Positions 23,965-31,896 of a stretch of 33,966 bases of DNA are shown piece by piece (the first letter of the stretch is position 1; each line of letters opens with the position of its first letter). Source of the stretch: a virus (Duplodnaviria > Caudoviricetes). A program made the translations under genes and the position numbers. The notes below the pieces were generated by a model. It saw only the letters and a list, made by a program, of their open reading frames with translations, searched no databases and was not told the DNA's origin. The stretch lies in IMG/VR virus record IMGVR_UViG_3300037601_000028, positions 1-33,966 of that record; one strand, 5' to 3'.

Positions 23965-24591
23965 TCAGGCGAAGGACGCCTGGCGCATTCGCATCCGGGC
24001 CGCTGCTGCAGCCACTGCGTTGTTGCCGTCCAGCTCAACAGCTTGGACCAGGTCGGCGTCGTCACCACGGACCCCGGATTTCGGATCGGCCGGCACCGTG
24101 ACGAAAGAGATTTCAAAAGGCTCCCAGCGCAGCGCGATCACCTTCTGGATCTCGCCCCGCTTTTCCGGCTCGATCACCTTGATCTTGAGCAGGCGATAGC
24201 CGACCGAGACATTGCGCACGATGCCATCTTCGATCAGCCCGAACAGGCGATCGGCCTTTTCATCGATCCCGGCCTTGGGAAAGCGGACCAGCGCCCGCGC
24301 ATCCTTGCCGTCGATCCATGCCTTTTCCACCACGCCCACCTGCGCCGAAGTGGAATAGCGCGCATGGCTATCGAGCGCCGGCGCGCCGCTGGCGAACCGT
24401 TCAAGGTCGATCGCGGCGCGGCTGACCGTGAGAACTTCGTCAAAGTCCACCACGCGATCCCAGCCCTCATAGCGCCGGCGGCGCACAGGCGTTTCGGTGG
24501 CGAACACCACTTCCACGGAGCGATCTTCCGGCTTCACCAGGCTGGCCGACGCAATCGCCCGCACCTGCGCCGGAATGGCTGCAGTCGTCAT
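23965..24591 (-). CDS. HK97-type prohead protease (U35/S78)
   Basis: APALDSH, VRNVSVGY, WEPFEISFVTVPAD. Confidence 0.92.
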   Translation of the reverse strand: MTTAAIPAQVRAIASASLVKPEDRSVEVVFATETPVRRRRYEGWDRVVDFDEVLTVSRAAIDLERFASGAPALDSHARYSTSAQVGVVEKAWIDGKDARALVRFPKAGIDEKADRLFGLIEDGIVRNVSVGYRLLKIKVIEPEKRGEIQKVIALRWEPFEISFVTVPADPKSGVRGDDADLVQAVELDGNNAVAAAAARMRMRQASFA

Positions 24592-26087
24592 TCTTCATCA
24601 TCCTTCTGGTGTGTTTCGCCCTTGTCCTGGACCTGACCGGCCTGTGACAAACGGCGCGGGTCGATATCGAGCACCAGGCCCTTGTCATCGAACCGCTTGG
24701 CATCTTCCGCCAGGCGATCGGCCAATTCATCGGCATTTTCGCCGCGCTCGGTCACAACGTCCTGCCAGGCGCGGAACCCCGATCGCACTTCGCCCTGCTG
24801 GGCTTTGAGATCCTTGATCGGATCGGCCGAGTAGAAGCGCGGCGGCACCCAATTATAGGCCGGCGCCGGATCTGCGATGATGCCGGCGAGATAGGCCGCC
24901 TCGATCCACCAGCGCATGATCGGTTCAAGCATCAGCGGAATGATCGTGTGCCACTGCAGGCGCGAGATCATCCGTTTGAAAACCTCAAGGCCCACCTTGC
25001 TGGACGAATAATTGACCTTGTCCAGCCGGCCGGTCAGCACGAAATGCGGCAGCCGGAACCCGGCCGCGATCCAGTGTTCTTCTGTCTCGGTGTATTCGGC
25101 ATAATCGCCGCTTGCCGTGGGCTGCAGGAATTTCACATCGCGCCCGCCCACCGCCTGGTAAAGCATGCCAGGCGCGAACCGCTCGACCCGCTGGCCTTTG
25201 GCGTCATAGATGCCGGCCGGCTGGTCGGTGCTGGATTCCAGCCCGAGCATGTCGCCATCTTCGCCGCCGGTCATGACACCGACCAGGCACGCCTCGATCT
25301 TCTTTCGGACGCGCTCGGCGTCCTTGTATTCGTTCAGCTCGTGCAGATCGGTGATCACCGGCGCGCCCCAGGGCACGCCTCGCACCTGCGTGCGTTGCTT
25401 TTCGAGCAGGTGCGCGATCTCGCTTGCCGGCACCCGCACCGATTTGAACCCGGAGCCGCCCAACGGACTATTGCCAGGATGGTGATCGAACAGGTGGAAA
25501 GCGGTTTTGGCGCCCAGCTCGTCCAGCTCGATGCCCTGCACCAGATTGGCGCGGCCGGCAAAAGCCACGTCTTTGGTGGCGTCGATCTGGTCGGCCTCAA
25601 GCACCTGCAGCGCCAGCGGCACGTCGCGCCCCTTGCCATAAGGTCGGCGCACGCGGCGCACCAGCCCTTCGCCACCTTCGAACATTTCACGCGCGGCGAG
25701 CGCCTGGATCCCGCCAAAGTCCAATTCGCCGGCGGCGTCAGACCGCTTCGCCCAGCGATCGAATGCATCCTGCACCGCGCGATCCTTGAACTTGGGCACG
25801 ATGCCGTCGCCAATCGCGTGCGTCACCAGAATGTCGATCGCGTTGGCGGCCAGCGCGTTGTTGCGCACCAGGTCGCGCATGCGGTCGCGCAGCAGCTGCC
25901 CATCCTTGGCGATCTCGTTATCGGCCGAAGTCGAGCGCGTGCGCCAGCCCTTGCGCAGTCGGCCGCGATCGGCACCGGCATAGGCCCGCTCGGCTTGCGC
26001 CAATGCCGCGCGATGCGCCAGGCGCCGCACGCCGGCACGCGGCGAGATCATCCCAATGGCGCGGTCGATGATATTGATCTTAGCCAT
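24588..26087 (-). CDS. Lambda-family portal protein
   Basis: LRDRMRDLVRNN, LQVLEAD, QGIELD, QVRGVPW, VNYSS, DPIKD. Confidence 0.93.
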   Translation of the reverse strand: MAKINIIDRAIGMISPRAGVRRLAHRAALAQAERAYAGADRGRLRKGWRTRSTSADNEIAKDGQLLRDRMRDLVRNNALAANAIDILVTHAIGDGIVPKFKDRAVQDAFDRWAKRSDAAGELDFGGIQALAAREMFEGGEGLVRRVRRPYGKGRDVPLALQVLEADQIDATKDVAFAGRANLVQGIELDELGAKTAFHLFDHHPGNSPLGGSGFKSVRVPASEIAHLLEKQRTQVRGVPWGAPVITDLHELNEYKDAERVRKKIEACLVGVMTGGEDGDMLGLESSTDQPAGIYDAKGQRVERFAPGMLYQAVGGRDVKFLQPTASGDYAEYTETEEHWIAAGFRLPHFVLTGRLDKVNYSSSKVGLEVFKRMISRLQWHTIIPLMLEPIMRWWIEAAYLAGIIADPAPAYNWVPPRFYSADPIKDLKAQQGEVRSGFRAWQDVVTERGENADELADRLAEDAKRFDDKGLVLDIDPRRLSQAGQVQDKGETHQKDDEE

Positions 26088-26285
26088 TTAGAATTCCGCC
26101 AGGATCGTGCGCGGCTTGTGTGACCCCAGCCGGCCGCGAAGATTGACCAGGGCGCGTTCCATCTGTTCGGTCGATTGATATTCGACCTCGGTTCTGACGC
26201 CATTCGATTGGGTCACCACCCGGCGCACGCCGCTCGCGATCGCCGCTTCAAGGTCGGCAATCTGCTGCTCGATCTGCTCGCTCAT
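26088..26285 (-). CDS. Head completion protein (lambda gpW-like)
   Basis: LEAAIASGV..V…VEYQS..QM..A; lies between terminase and portal. Confidence 0.85.
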   Translation of the reverse strand: MSEQIEQQIADLEAAIASGVRRVVTQSNGVRTEVEYQSTEQMERALVNLRGRLGSHKPRTILAEF

Positions 26286-26296
26286 GTCGGATCTTC

Positions 26297-28396
26297 CTAA
26301 AACCAGTCATTTTCCGCGATCTGCGGCTTGCTCTTGGGCTGCTCTTGCTTGGCCTGGTCGAACGGGCCGACCTCCCCAGCGAACAGATCCGGGGCCACTT
26401 CCGGCCCATGCACCAGCTGCAGCAGCTCGGCCCATTTTTCTTCATTGAGCCGCAGCCGGGACTGCTGGAACCAGGCGAGCGCCTTGGCGTACACGGTCAC
26501 GTCGAGCCAGTCGTTTTGCCGGCCGACGATGCGTTTCCATTCCGGTGGCGCATGCGGGTTGATCAGATGCCGCTTGCGCCCCCGCGACACCGTCTTGCGG
26601 GCTTCCTCGGCTGGATCCACCAGCCGTTCGGCCGTCAGCTCTTTCACGAACGCTTCGTCGGCCAGCTCGGGCGGTAACAGCAACGCATTGCGCGGCCATT
26701 GCCCATGATCGTTTTGGCCGGCCTCGAAATTCGAAAGGCCAGCCATCACGGCCGTTTTGATGTCGTGGGCATAGACCGGATAAACCAGCGCCTTGGCGAT
26801 CGCCCGGCCCCTGGCATCCTTCACCGTCTGCCGCGTCGGGCTGCCGATCCACGACGCCCCGGCCTTGCGTGGCCGGCCATCGAGCGCGAACACGTTCGGC
26901 CGCGATCGCGTGAACAGATAGACCCGCTGCGTGGCAAAACCCGAGTCCACCCCCGAAAGGTCGATCGGCCGTTCGCCGCTGCCGGCGCGATAGGTTCGGC
27001 CGAGCGCATCGGCAAGGGCGATCCAAGGTTCGTCGGTTTGATCCGGCGCGCCTTCAAAAACTTCCTTGTCGATCAGCTGCACCTGCTCGCGCGGGCCGAT
27101 CGCATAGACCGCCCACTTGATGCCGTAGCTTTGCACGTCAGCAGCCGAGACTATCAGCCCCGCCCAAGGCGGCACCGTGCCGCGCACATAGGCCAGCTTG
27201 CGGGTCGCCGCCACGATCTTTTCCCAATCCGCTTCGATGCCGGTTGGATCGTATGGCTCGGCCAGGTCCTGCTGCATGAACGTCTTGAGCTTTTGCGTGT
27301 CGCCCTCGGCATTCTGCCAGCGCGCCCAGATATCGGCCCAGCGCTCGCGTGGCGCATAGGCAGCCCATAGGTGATAGCTCGGCTGCCAGTCTTTGCACCG
27401 CCCCTCACAGGGCGCGCACTTCCACTTTTCCAGCTCGGCCGCCGGAAATGCCTCGGGCACTTTCTCGGCATCCTCGACCACCCGGCAGGCAATCCACTCG
27501 GCCGCTGCCAGCATGTCCGGTTTGTGACCGTCCAGAATGACCCCATCGCAATGCAGGCACCGGAAATGCACCGGCACGCCTTCGATCGGGTACGGGCCGC
27601 GCATCTGCCCGATCTTCAAGGGCTGATAGGTCGAGCAATGCGGACAGGGCGCATAGAGATAGCGCCGATCGCCGGCCTCAAAATCGGCGGTGATCGCACA
27701 GCTGCCAACCTCGCCGGGCGTGGATCCCTGCCATTCCTTGGCGAGATCCCCGAACATTTTCTGGCGGGCACGCGCCTGGTCGCGCGGGCTGCCTCGGCCA
27801 TCCACATCGAGCGGATAGCCGGTGACTTCGTCCATCGCCAGATACTTGATCGATACCATCTGCAGGCCCTTGGATGAACCTGCATTGACGATCTGGGCGA
27901 ACCCGCCGGCGAAGCGCTTGAAACTGGTTGTCGATCCCTGTTCATCCCGGCTGCTGACCGGCAGCACCTTGTGGGCGATGCGCGGGGATGCTTCGATCGT
28001 GGGCTGCAACTTGACCCGGTTAAACTTGGTCGCTTCCTCAAGCGTGGGCATCACCACCATCATCGAGCCGGGCGCCTGGTCCACCACGAAACAGAACCAG
28101 TTTTCGATCGCCGTCGATTTGCCCATCTGCGCCGCCCAGCGTGCCGTCACACGGCGAGCAGGGTGATCAGGATGCAAACAGTCTTGCGGCTCGCGCAGAT
28201 AGGGCACCCGCGACACCCGGAAATCCCCCGGCCAGGGCGAACCCGATTCCGCCGACACCTTGCGATAGCGCTCGGCGTGTTCGGTGATCGTGAGATTTTC
28301 CACCGGCTGGCTGGCCTTGGCCAGAGCCTCGAAAAGCACCTTCTCGCCGTGCGGCATCGCCGCAAAGCGATCCCTAAGCGAGAAATGCAAGCTCAT
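26297..28396 (-). CDS. Terminase large subunit (lambda GpA family)
   Basis: VPYLREP, AQMGKS Walker A, MDEV Walker B, STP, CPHC, ADVQ, VDSG, NDWLD. Confidence 0.95.
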   Translation of the reverse strand: MSLHFSLRDRFAAMPHGEKVLFEALAKASQPVENLTITEHAERYRKVSAESGSPWPGDFRVSRVPYLREPQDCLHPDHPARRVTARWAAQMGKSTAIENWFCFVVDQAPGSMMVVMPTLEEATKFNRVKLQPTIEASPRIAHKVLPVSSRDEQGSTTSFKRFAGGFAQIVNAGSSKGLQMVSIKYLAMDEVTGYPLDVDGRGSPRDQARARQKMFGDLAKEWQGSTPGEVGSCAITADFEAGDRRYLYAPCPHCSTYQPLKIGQMRGPYPIEGVPVHFRCLHCDGVILDGHKPDMLAAAEWIACRVVEDAEKVPEAFPAAELEKWKCAPCEGRCKDWQPSYHLWAAYAPRERWADIWARWQNAEGDTQKLKTFMQQDLAEPYDPTGIEADWEKIVAATRKLAYVRGTVPPWAGLIVSAADVQSYGIKWAVYAIGPREQVQLIDKEVFEGAPDQTDEPWIALADALGRTYRAGSGERPIDLSGVDSGFATQRVYLFTRSRPNVFALDGRPRKAGASWIGSPTRQTVKDARGRAIAKALVYPVYAHDIKTAVMAGLSNFEAGQNDHGQWPRNALLLPPELADEAFVKELTAERLVDPAEEARKTVSRGRKRHLINPHAPPEWKRIVGRQNDWLDVTVYAKALAWFQQSRLRLNEEKWAELLQLVHGPEVAPDLFAGEVGPFDQAKQEQPKSKPQIAENDWF

Positions 28397-29007
28397 TGCA
28401 GGGTGACCCGATCCGTTTGGCGATTGTCGCCATCGCCAGGGAGAGGATCAGCCCCGCCCAGGCGTTCAAGAATTGTCCGGTGGAACACGTCCAGTCCGGC
28501 ATTGGAAAAGCTCTTGAGCGCCAGGCGCGCCTGGCGTTCATCCCAGCCATATTTCATCGCCAGGGCTTGCGCCTCGGCTTCCACCGCCCGTTCAAAGGCG
28601 TTGCGCATCAGAACGATCGCGGCCTGGCCAGCCTCGGCCACCTCGCGCACCGGCGTGACCTGTTTCAGCTCGCGCGCCAGGTCCAGCTCGCGCAGGGCCG
28701 CTTGGGCTTCCTTATCGCGCGCGGCCGCGCTGACTTGCGTCGGCTGCCCCTGCCCCGGATCCGGCGGCATAGCCGTCGCGAGATCCGGGGCCGGCTCGAC
28801 CCGCCGCGCTTGCACCAGGCGGATATTCTCGCCCCGATGCCGCTGCAGCGTTCCGAACTCGACAAGGTTTGATTTACCCTCGCGCCTGGTCGGCAGCGCC
28901 TCGGCGTGCTGGCGCAGATAGCGCGACAAGGTCGAGCGATCGATAACGTCGCCGGCAGCACTCAACCGCTTTGCCGCATCTGTGATCGACAGCCATTCCT
29001 CGGCCAT
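28393..29007 (-). CDS. Terminase small subunit (N-terminal HTH)
   Basis: WLSITDAAKRL…DRSTLSRY HTH; ATGA overlap with the large subunit; ATG at 29007 after GAGG. Confidence 0.8.
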   Translation of the reverse strand: MAEEWLSITDAAKRLSAAGDVIDRSTLSRYLRQHAEALPTRREGKSNLVEFGTLQRHRGENIRLVQARRVEPAPDLATAMPPDPGQGQPTQVSAAARDKEAQAALRELDLARELKQVTPVREVAEAGQAAIVLMRNAFERAVEAEAQALAMKYGWDERQARLALKSFSNAGLDVFHRTILERLGGADPLPGDGDNRQTDRVTLQ

Positions 29008-29029
29008 TGCGTGAACCTCTTGTGCAGCG

Positions 29030-29133
29030 ACACGTGTGCCGATGCGTGTTGCGTGTATCGCTCGCAATTCCGCGCACTAGAAAAATCGCGCAAGTCAGCC
29101 GACCCGTGCGCGAGCGGGGGCTGGGGAGGACCC
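29030..29133 (-). other. Putative cos packaging site (cosQ-like 29127-29133, cosN-like 29093-29104)
   Basis: Minus strand GGGTCCT-N22-GGTCGGCTGACT-TGCGCGATTTTTC resembles lambda GGGTCCT…ACG|GGGCGGCGACCT-CGCGGGTTTTC; directly upstream of the small terminase gene. Confidence 0.7.
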
Positions 29134-29145
29134 AGACCGGGGGCC

Positions 29146-29718
29146 TTAGAGCTTGAAGCGGCGCATCAACATGGCCTCGACCCGCTGGCGCAGGAGAGGC
29201 GCGGCGATCTTTTCGAACGCGGCCTTTGTGGCGCCGATCGTCATCTCTTGCGGGATGCGCACCTGGCTGCGCACCTGCGTGAGCCGACGCCCGGCCTTGT
29301 CGATCCGCTGCATGACATGCCCGCCAAACGCGGCGGTACGGACACGCCGGGGCCAACGGCCACCGCGCATGAACGCGCCCTCAAATAGCGTTGGCTGCCC
29401 GAATGGCCGCGCCACCACGCCCTGCCGCGTCTCGCGAGGCCGCAGATATTTGAGGCGAATGAAGCCGCCCCGCGTGGTCATTTCATAGGACAGCCGGCCA
29501 TTGGCCCGCGCCGTGGCCGGATTGCCAACAGCCGCCACGATGGTTTTGCGCGGCAGGCCGGTCTGCGCGGTCAGGTTGCGGATCACCTGCGTCTTGGCGC
29601 GATTGCCAACCTGGTTGACGATACGGGGCAGGATCACCGGGCTTTCCCGGTTCACCTGTTCCAGCAGCTCGGCATAGTGCGCCAGATGCTTGTCCGCCCA
29701 TCGGATTGTCATCGCCAT
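29146..29718 (-). CDS. Basic tail completion-like protein (lambda gpZ-like)
   Basis: RIVNQVGNRAKTQVIR.L…TGL…L.Y…GAF…GHV..R pattern; Arg-rich. Confidence 0.6.
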   Translation of the reverse strand: MAMTIRWADKHLAHYAELLEQVNRESPVILPRIVNQVGNRAKTQVIRNLTAQTGLPRKTIVAAVGNPATARANGRLSYEMTTRGGFIRLKYLRPRETRQGVVARPFGQPTLFEGAFMRGGRWPRRVRTAAFGGHVMQRIDKAGRRLTQVRSQVRIPQEMTIGATKAAFEKIAAPLLRQRVEAMLMRRFKL

Positions 29719-29781
29719 GATTGCGCGAAATGGATCTTTGCAAATCCATTTTCCCAAATGCTGGACCGGCGGAAAGGCAAC

Positions 29782-29813
29782 AAAAAAGGCGGGCCGCCGC
29801 TGCGACTCGCCTT
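29782..29813 (-). terminator. Intrinsic terminator in the late leader (tR'-like)
   Basis: AAGGCGAGTCGC-AGCG-GCGGCCCGCCTT followed by a T tract on the minus strand. Confidence 0.75.
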
Positions 29814-29835
29814 CGAACCTTTTTCGTTGTGGTGA

Positions 29836-29864
29836 AGCTATGTCAAATATTTCCCCCGCGTCAA
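29836..29864 (-). promoter_or_regulatory. Candidate late promoter (pR'-like)
   Basis: TTGACG-N16-CATAGC (a second TTGACA lies within it), between the upstream gene's stop and the terminator. Confidence 0.5.
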
Positions 29865-30472
29865 CCAGCCCGCCGGATCAGGGCCTGGACGCGCGAGATC
29901 TCCAAATTCCAGGGCTCGGCCGGCGCCGCCGGCATGGTGGCAGTGAACCGTTCCAACTCGGGATTAAGCAGCGGCACCAGCTCGCACAAGGTCACATGCC
30001 ACAGCCGATAGCTGGCGCGGGCATCCTCGACCAGCGCCGGCGGCAGGCCGACCAGCTCGGCCGGTGCAGGCCCCATATCACCACGGCGGCGGTCAGGGTC
30101 GCGCCAGAGCCGCTTGGGCTGCCCCGCGCGATCGAGCGGCACCACATAGCGCCCAGGCCCTTCGGGATACCACTCGGGCACAGTATCGGACCGGGCATGC
30201 TTGATTGCCAGCATCCAGGCTTCGGGCGGCAAGGCCATGACGGCTTCATAGACCGTTAGCGCGTCATCGGCGCAGCGTGCCGCCAGAAAGTTGGCCCCTG
30301 CGCCGCTGCTATCAACCCGCGTGCCCAACGTCAGCACCTGTTCGATGGAGCAGCCCAGGCTGCCCGAAGGGCCGACAGCGCCCCGACGAAATTCGCTCAC
30401 AGCGTGTTCGACCTGCTCGGTTCGAAACGCCCAGACCAGCAAGTGTTCGATGTCCACAGCCTGTTTTGCCAC
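29861..30472 (-). CDS. Putative late transcription regulator/antiterminator
   Basis: 203 aa, occupies the Q-equivalent position upstream of promoter + terminator + late operon; function inferred from position only. Confidence 0.55.
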   Translation of the reverse strand: MAKQAVDIEHLLVWAFRTEQVEHAVSEFRRGAVGPSGSLGCSIEQVLTLGTRVDSSGAGANFLAARCADDALTVYEAVMALPPEAWMLAIKHARSDTVPEWYPEGPGRYVVPLDRAGQPKRLWRDPDRRRGDMGPAPAELVGLPPALVEDARASYRLWHVTLCELVPLLNPELERFTATMPAAPAEPWNLEISRVQALIRRAG

Positions 30473-30487
30473 TCAATCCACCCCATA

Positions 30488-30818
30488 GTGACCATTAGTG
30501 AGGATCATTTTCTACCCTCACTTCCAAATTATATAGTTATCACAACTATTTAAGAGGGTCGTGAGGATAGAGAGGGTTGCCCTAATACATAGAGTCAACT
30601 TTCAAGGCACAAAGAGCCCAGATAGGTGCCCCGCACCCCTTCTCACACGTTATAGCGCCGTTCGACCCTCTCAATGGTCACAAAAGCGCTATAAGTTATT
30701 GAAATATCACTTGTTTTGGGAAGTGAGGGTTGTATTTCCACCCTCGAAAGATCCTCTTGATCCTCTTATCGCCGCGCGCAGCGCGGGAGAGGATCAAGAG
30801 CCTGCTCTCTGCGCAGAG
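30488..30818. other. Candidate replication origin (iterons, AT-rich patches, hairpins)
   Basis: 11 copies of GAGG(G/A)T in both orientations; 12-bp IR 30514-30525/30719-30730; 13-bp IR 30754-30766/30788-30800. Confidence 0.7.
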
Positions 30819-31033
30819 TGGGGGCCGGGGGCGCGCAGATTAGCGAATAGGCCAACTGAATTCCCTTGCGAGAGCCGGTTCAGACAGCGTCACCCTGCCC
30901 AATTGGTCGGGCGAGGGCAAGCCTTCATTCTTGGGCGCTAAGGCTGCCTCTCAACCTAACCCAAGATCACCACCTTGCAGTGCTAGACTTTAAAGTGGGC
31001 AGTTGAGTAAATACGGGGGAATTGGAGAAAACT

Positions 31034-31876
31034 ATGAAAAGTCCCGAGTATGAGTGCTTTGTTGTCGGCGTTATCGGGCAAGACGGCAGCGCCGAGCGCA
31101 CCCACGCGGACTGGCTTATCGACGGAATCATAAGCCCCGTATTCCGGCAGCACTTCACCGATTTCAAAGTGTTGAGGGCGGACAGAATGAACAAGCCTGG
31201 GATCATCACATCCCAGATCATTGAGAAGCTCTTGAATGCACGACTAGTCATCGCCGACATGACATTTTTGAATGCGAATGCCTTCTATGAAATAGGCATT
31301 CGGCACATGACGGGCCTACCCATCATTCATGCCCATAGGGATGGCGACACGATCCCATTTGATGTGAGTACGTTCCTTTCCATGTCGTTCTCGCTAACCC
31401 GCCATCAGGACGTGATTTCGGCGCAAGCCTCACTCAAGACCTTAGTAAATAATGTGCTTGAAGAGGGATACATCGTTGAAAATCCGGTCACGCAGGCAAG
31501 AGGCAGGGCACAATTTGCTGAAACCGCATCAGCCCCAGACCGGTTACTACTGGCCGAGATCGAATCGCTTAGATCGAGGATGAACGCTATAGAAAACTAC
31601 ACAGATGAATCTATCTGGCCTCACACACGAGCAAAAGAAAGAAACAAAATTCTTAGCGGAGAATTTGGGGTTGGAGCAAGCTCTGAGAAGCAACGAGCGA
31701 CGTTGAAAAAATTTATCGACGCATCCATCAAGCCAAACCTCGGCGGTAATTTGATTTTGGAAGAAGATGACAATACATCATGGATAACCGTTAGATACTC
31801 AGAAGAGTACCATGGATTTGCTCAACAGTTGATGAAACATGCCGAGAAACTCGGCCTAGACATAATACCTTTCTAG
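31034..31876 (+). CDS. Nucleoside 2-deoxyribosyltransferase-like (NDT/TIR-related fold) protein, candidate defence gene
   Basis: CFVV…LRAD…PG.ITSQII..L..A.LVIADMT..NANAFYEIGIRH…IPFDV; lower GC, antisense to its neighbours; ATG at 31034 after GGAG. Confidence 0.8.
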   Translation: MKSPEYECFVVGVIGQDGSAERTHADWLIDGIISPVFRQHFTDFKVLRADRMNKPGIITSQIIEKLLNARLVIADMTFLNANAFYEIGIRHMTGLPIIHAHRDGDTIPFDVSTFLSMSFSLTRHQDVISAQASLKTLVNNVLEEGYIVENPVTQARGRAQFAETASAPDRLLLAEIESLRSRMNAIENYTDESIWPHTRAKERNKILSGEFGVGASSEKQRATLKKFIDASIKPNLGGNLILEEDDNTSWITVRYSEEYHGFAQQLMKHAEKLGLDIIPF

Positions 31877-31896
31877 ATCTTCAGGATTAACCTCTG

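Noticed and set aside
23886-24116. 628-aa capsid start, or a protease-capsid fusion by frameshift
   Set aside because: The extension overlaps the protease, looks non-coding and would need a +1 shift with no clear signal; ATG at 23885 has a good RBS
14419-28921. Long plus-strand ORFs (e.g. 14419-15756, 15988-17511, 22248-23909, 24948-26123)
   Set aside because: Antisense shadows of GC3-rich phage genes with no recognisable motifs
30561-30941. 126-aa ORF across the origin region
   Set aside because: No motif, atypical composition; the sequence is better explained by iterons and hairpins
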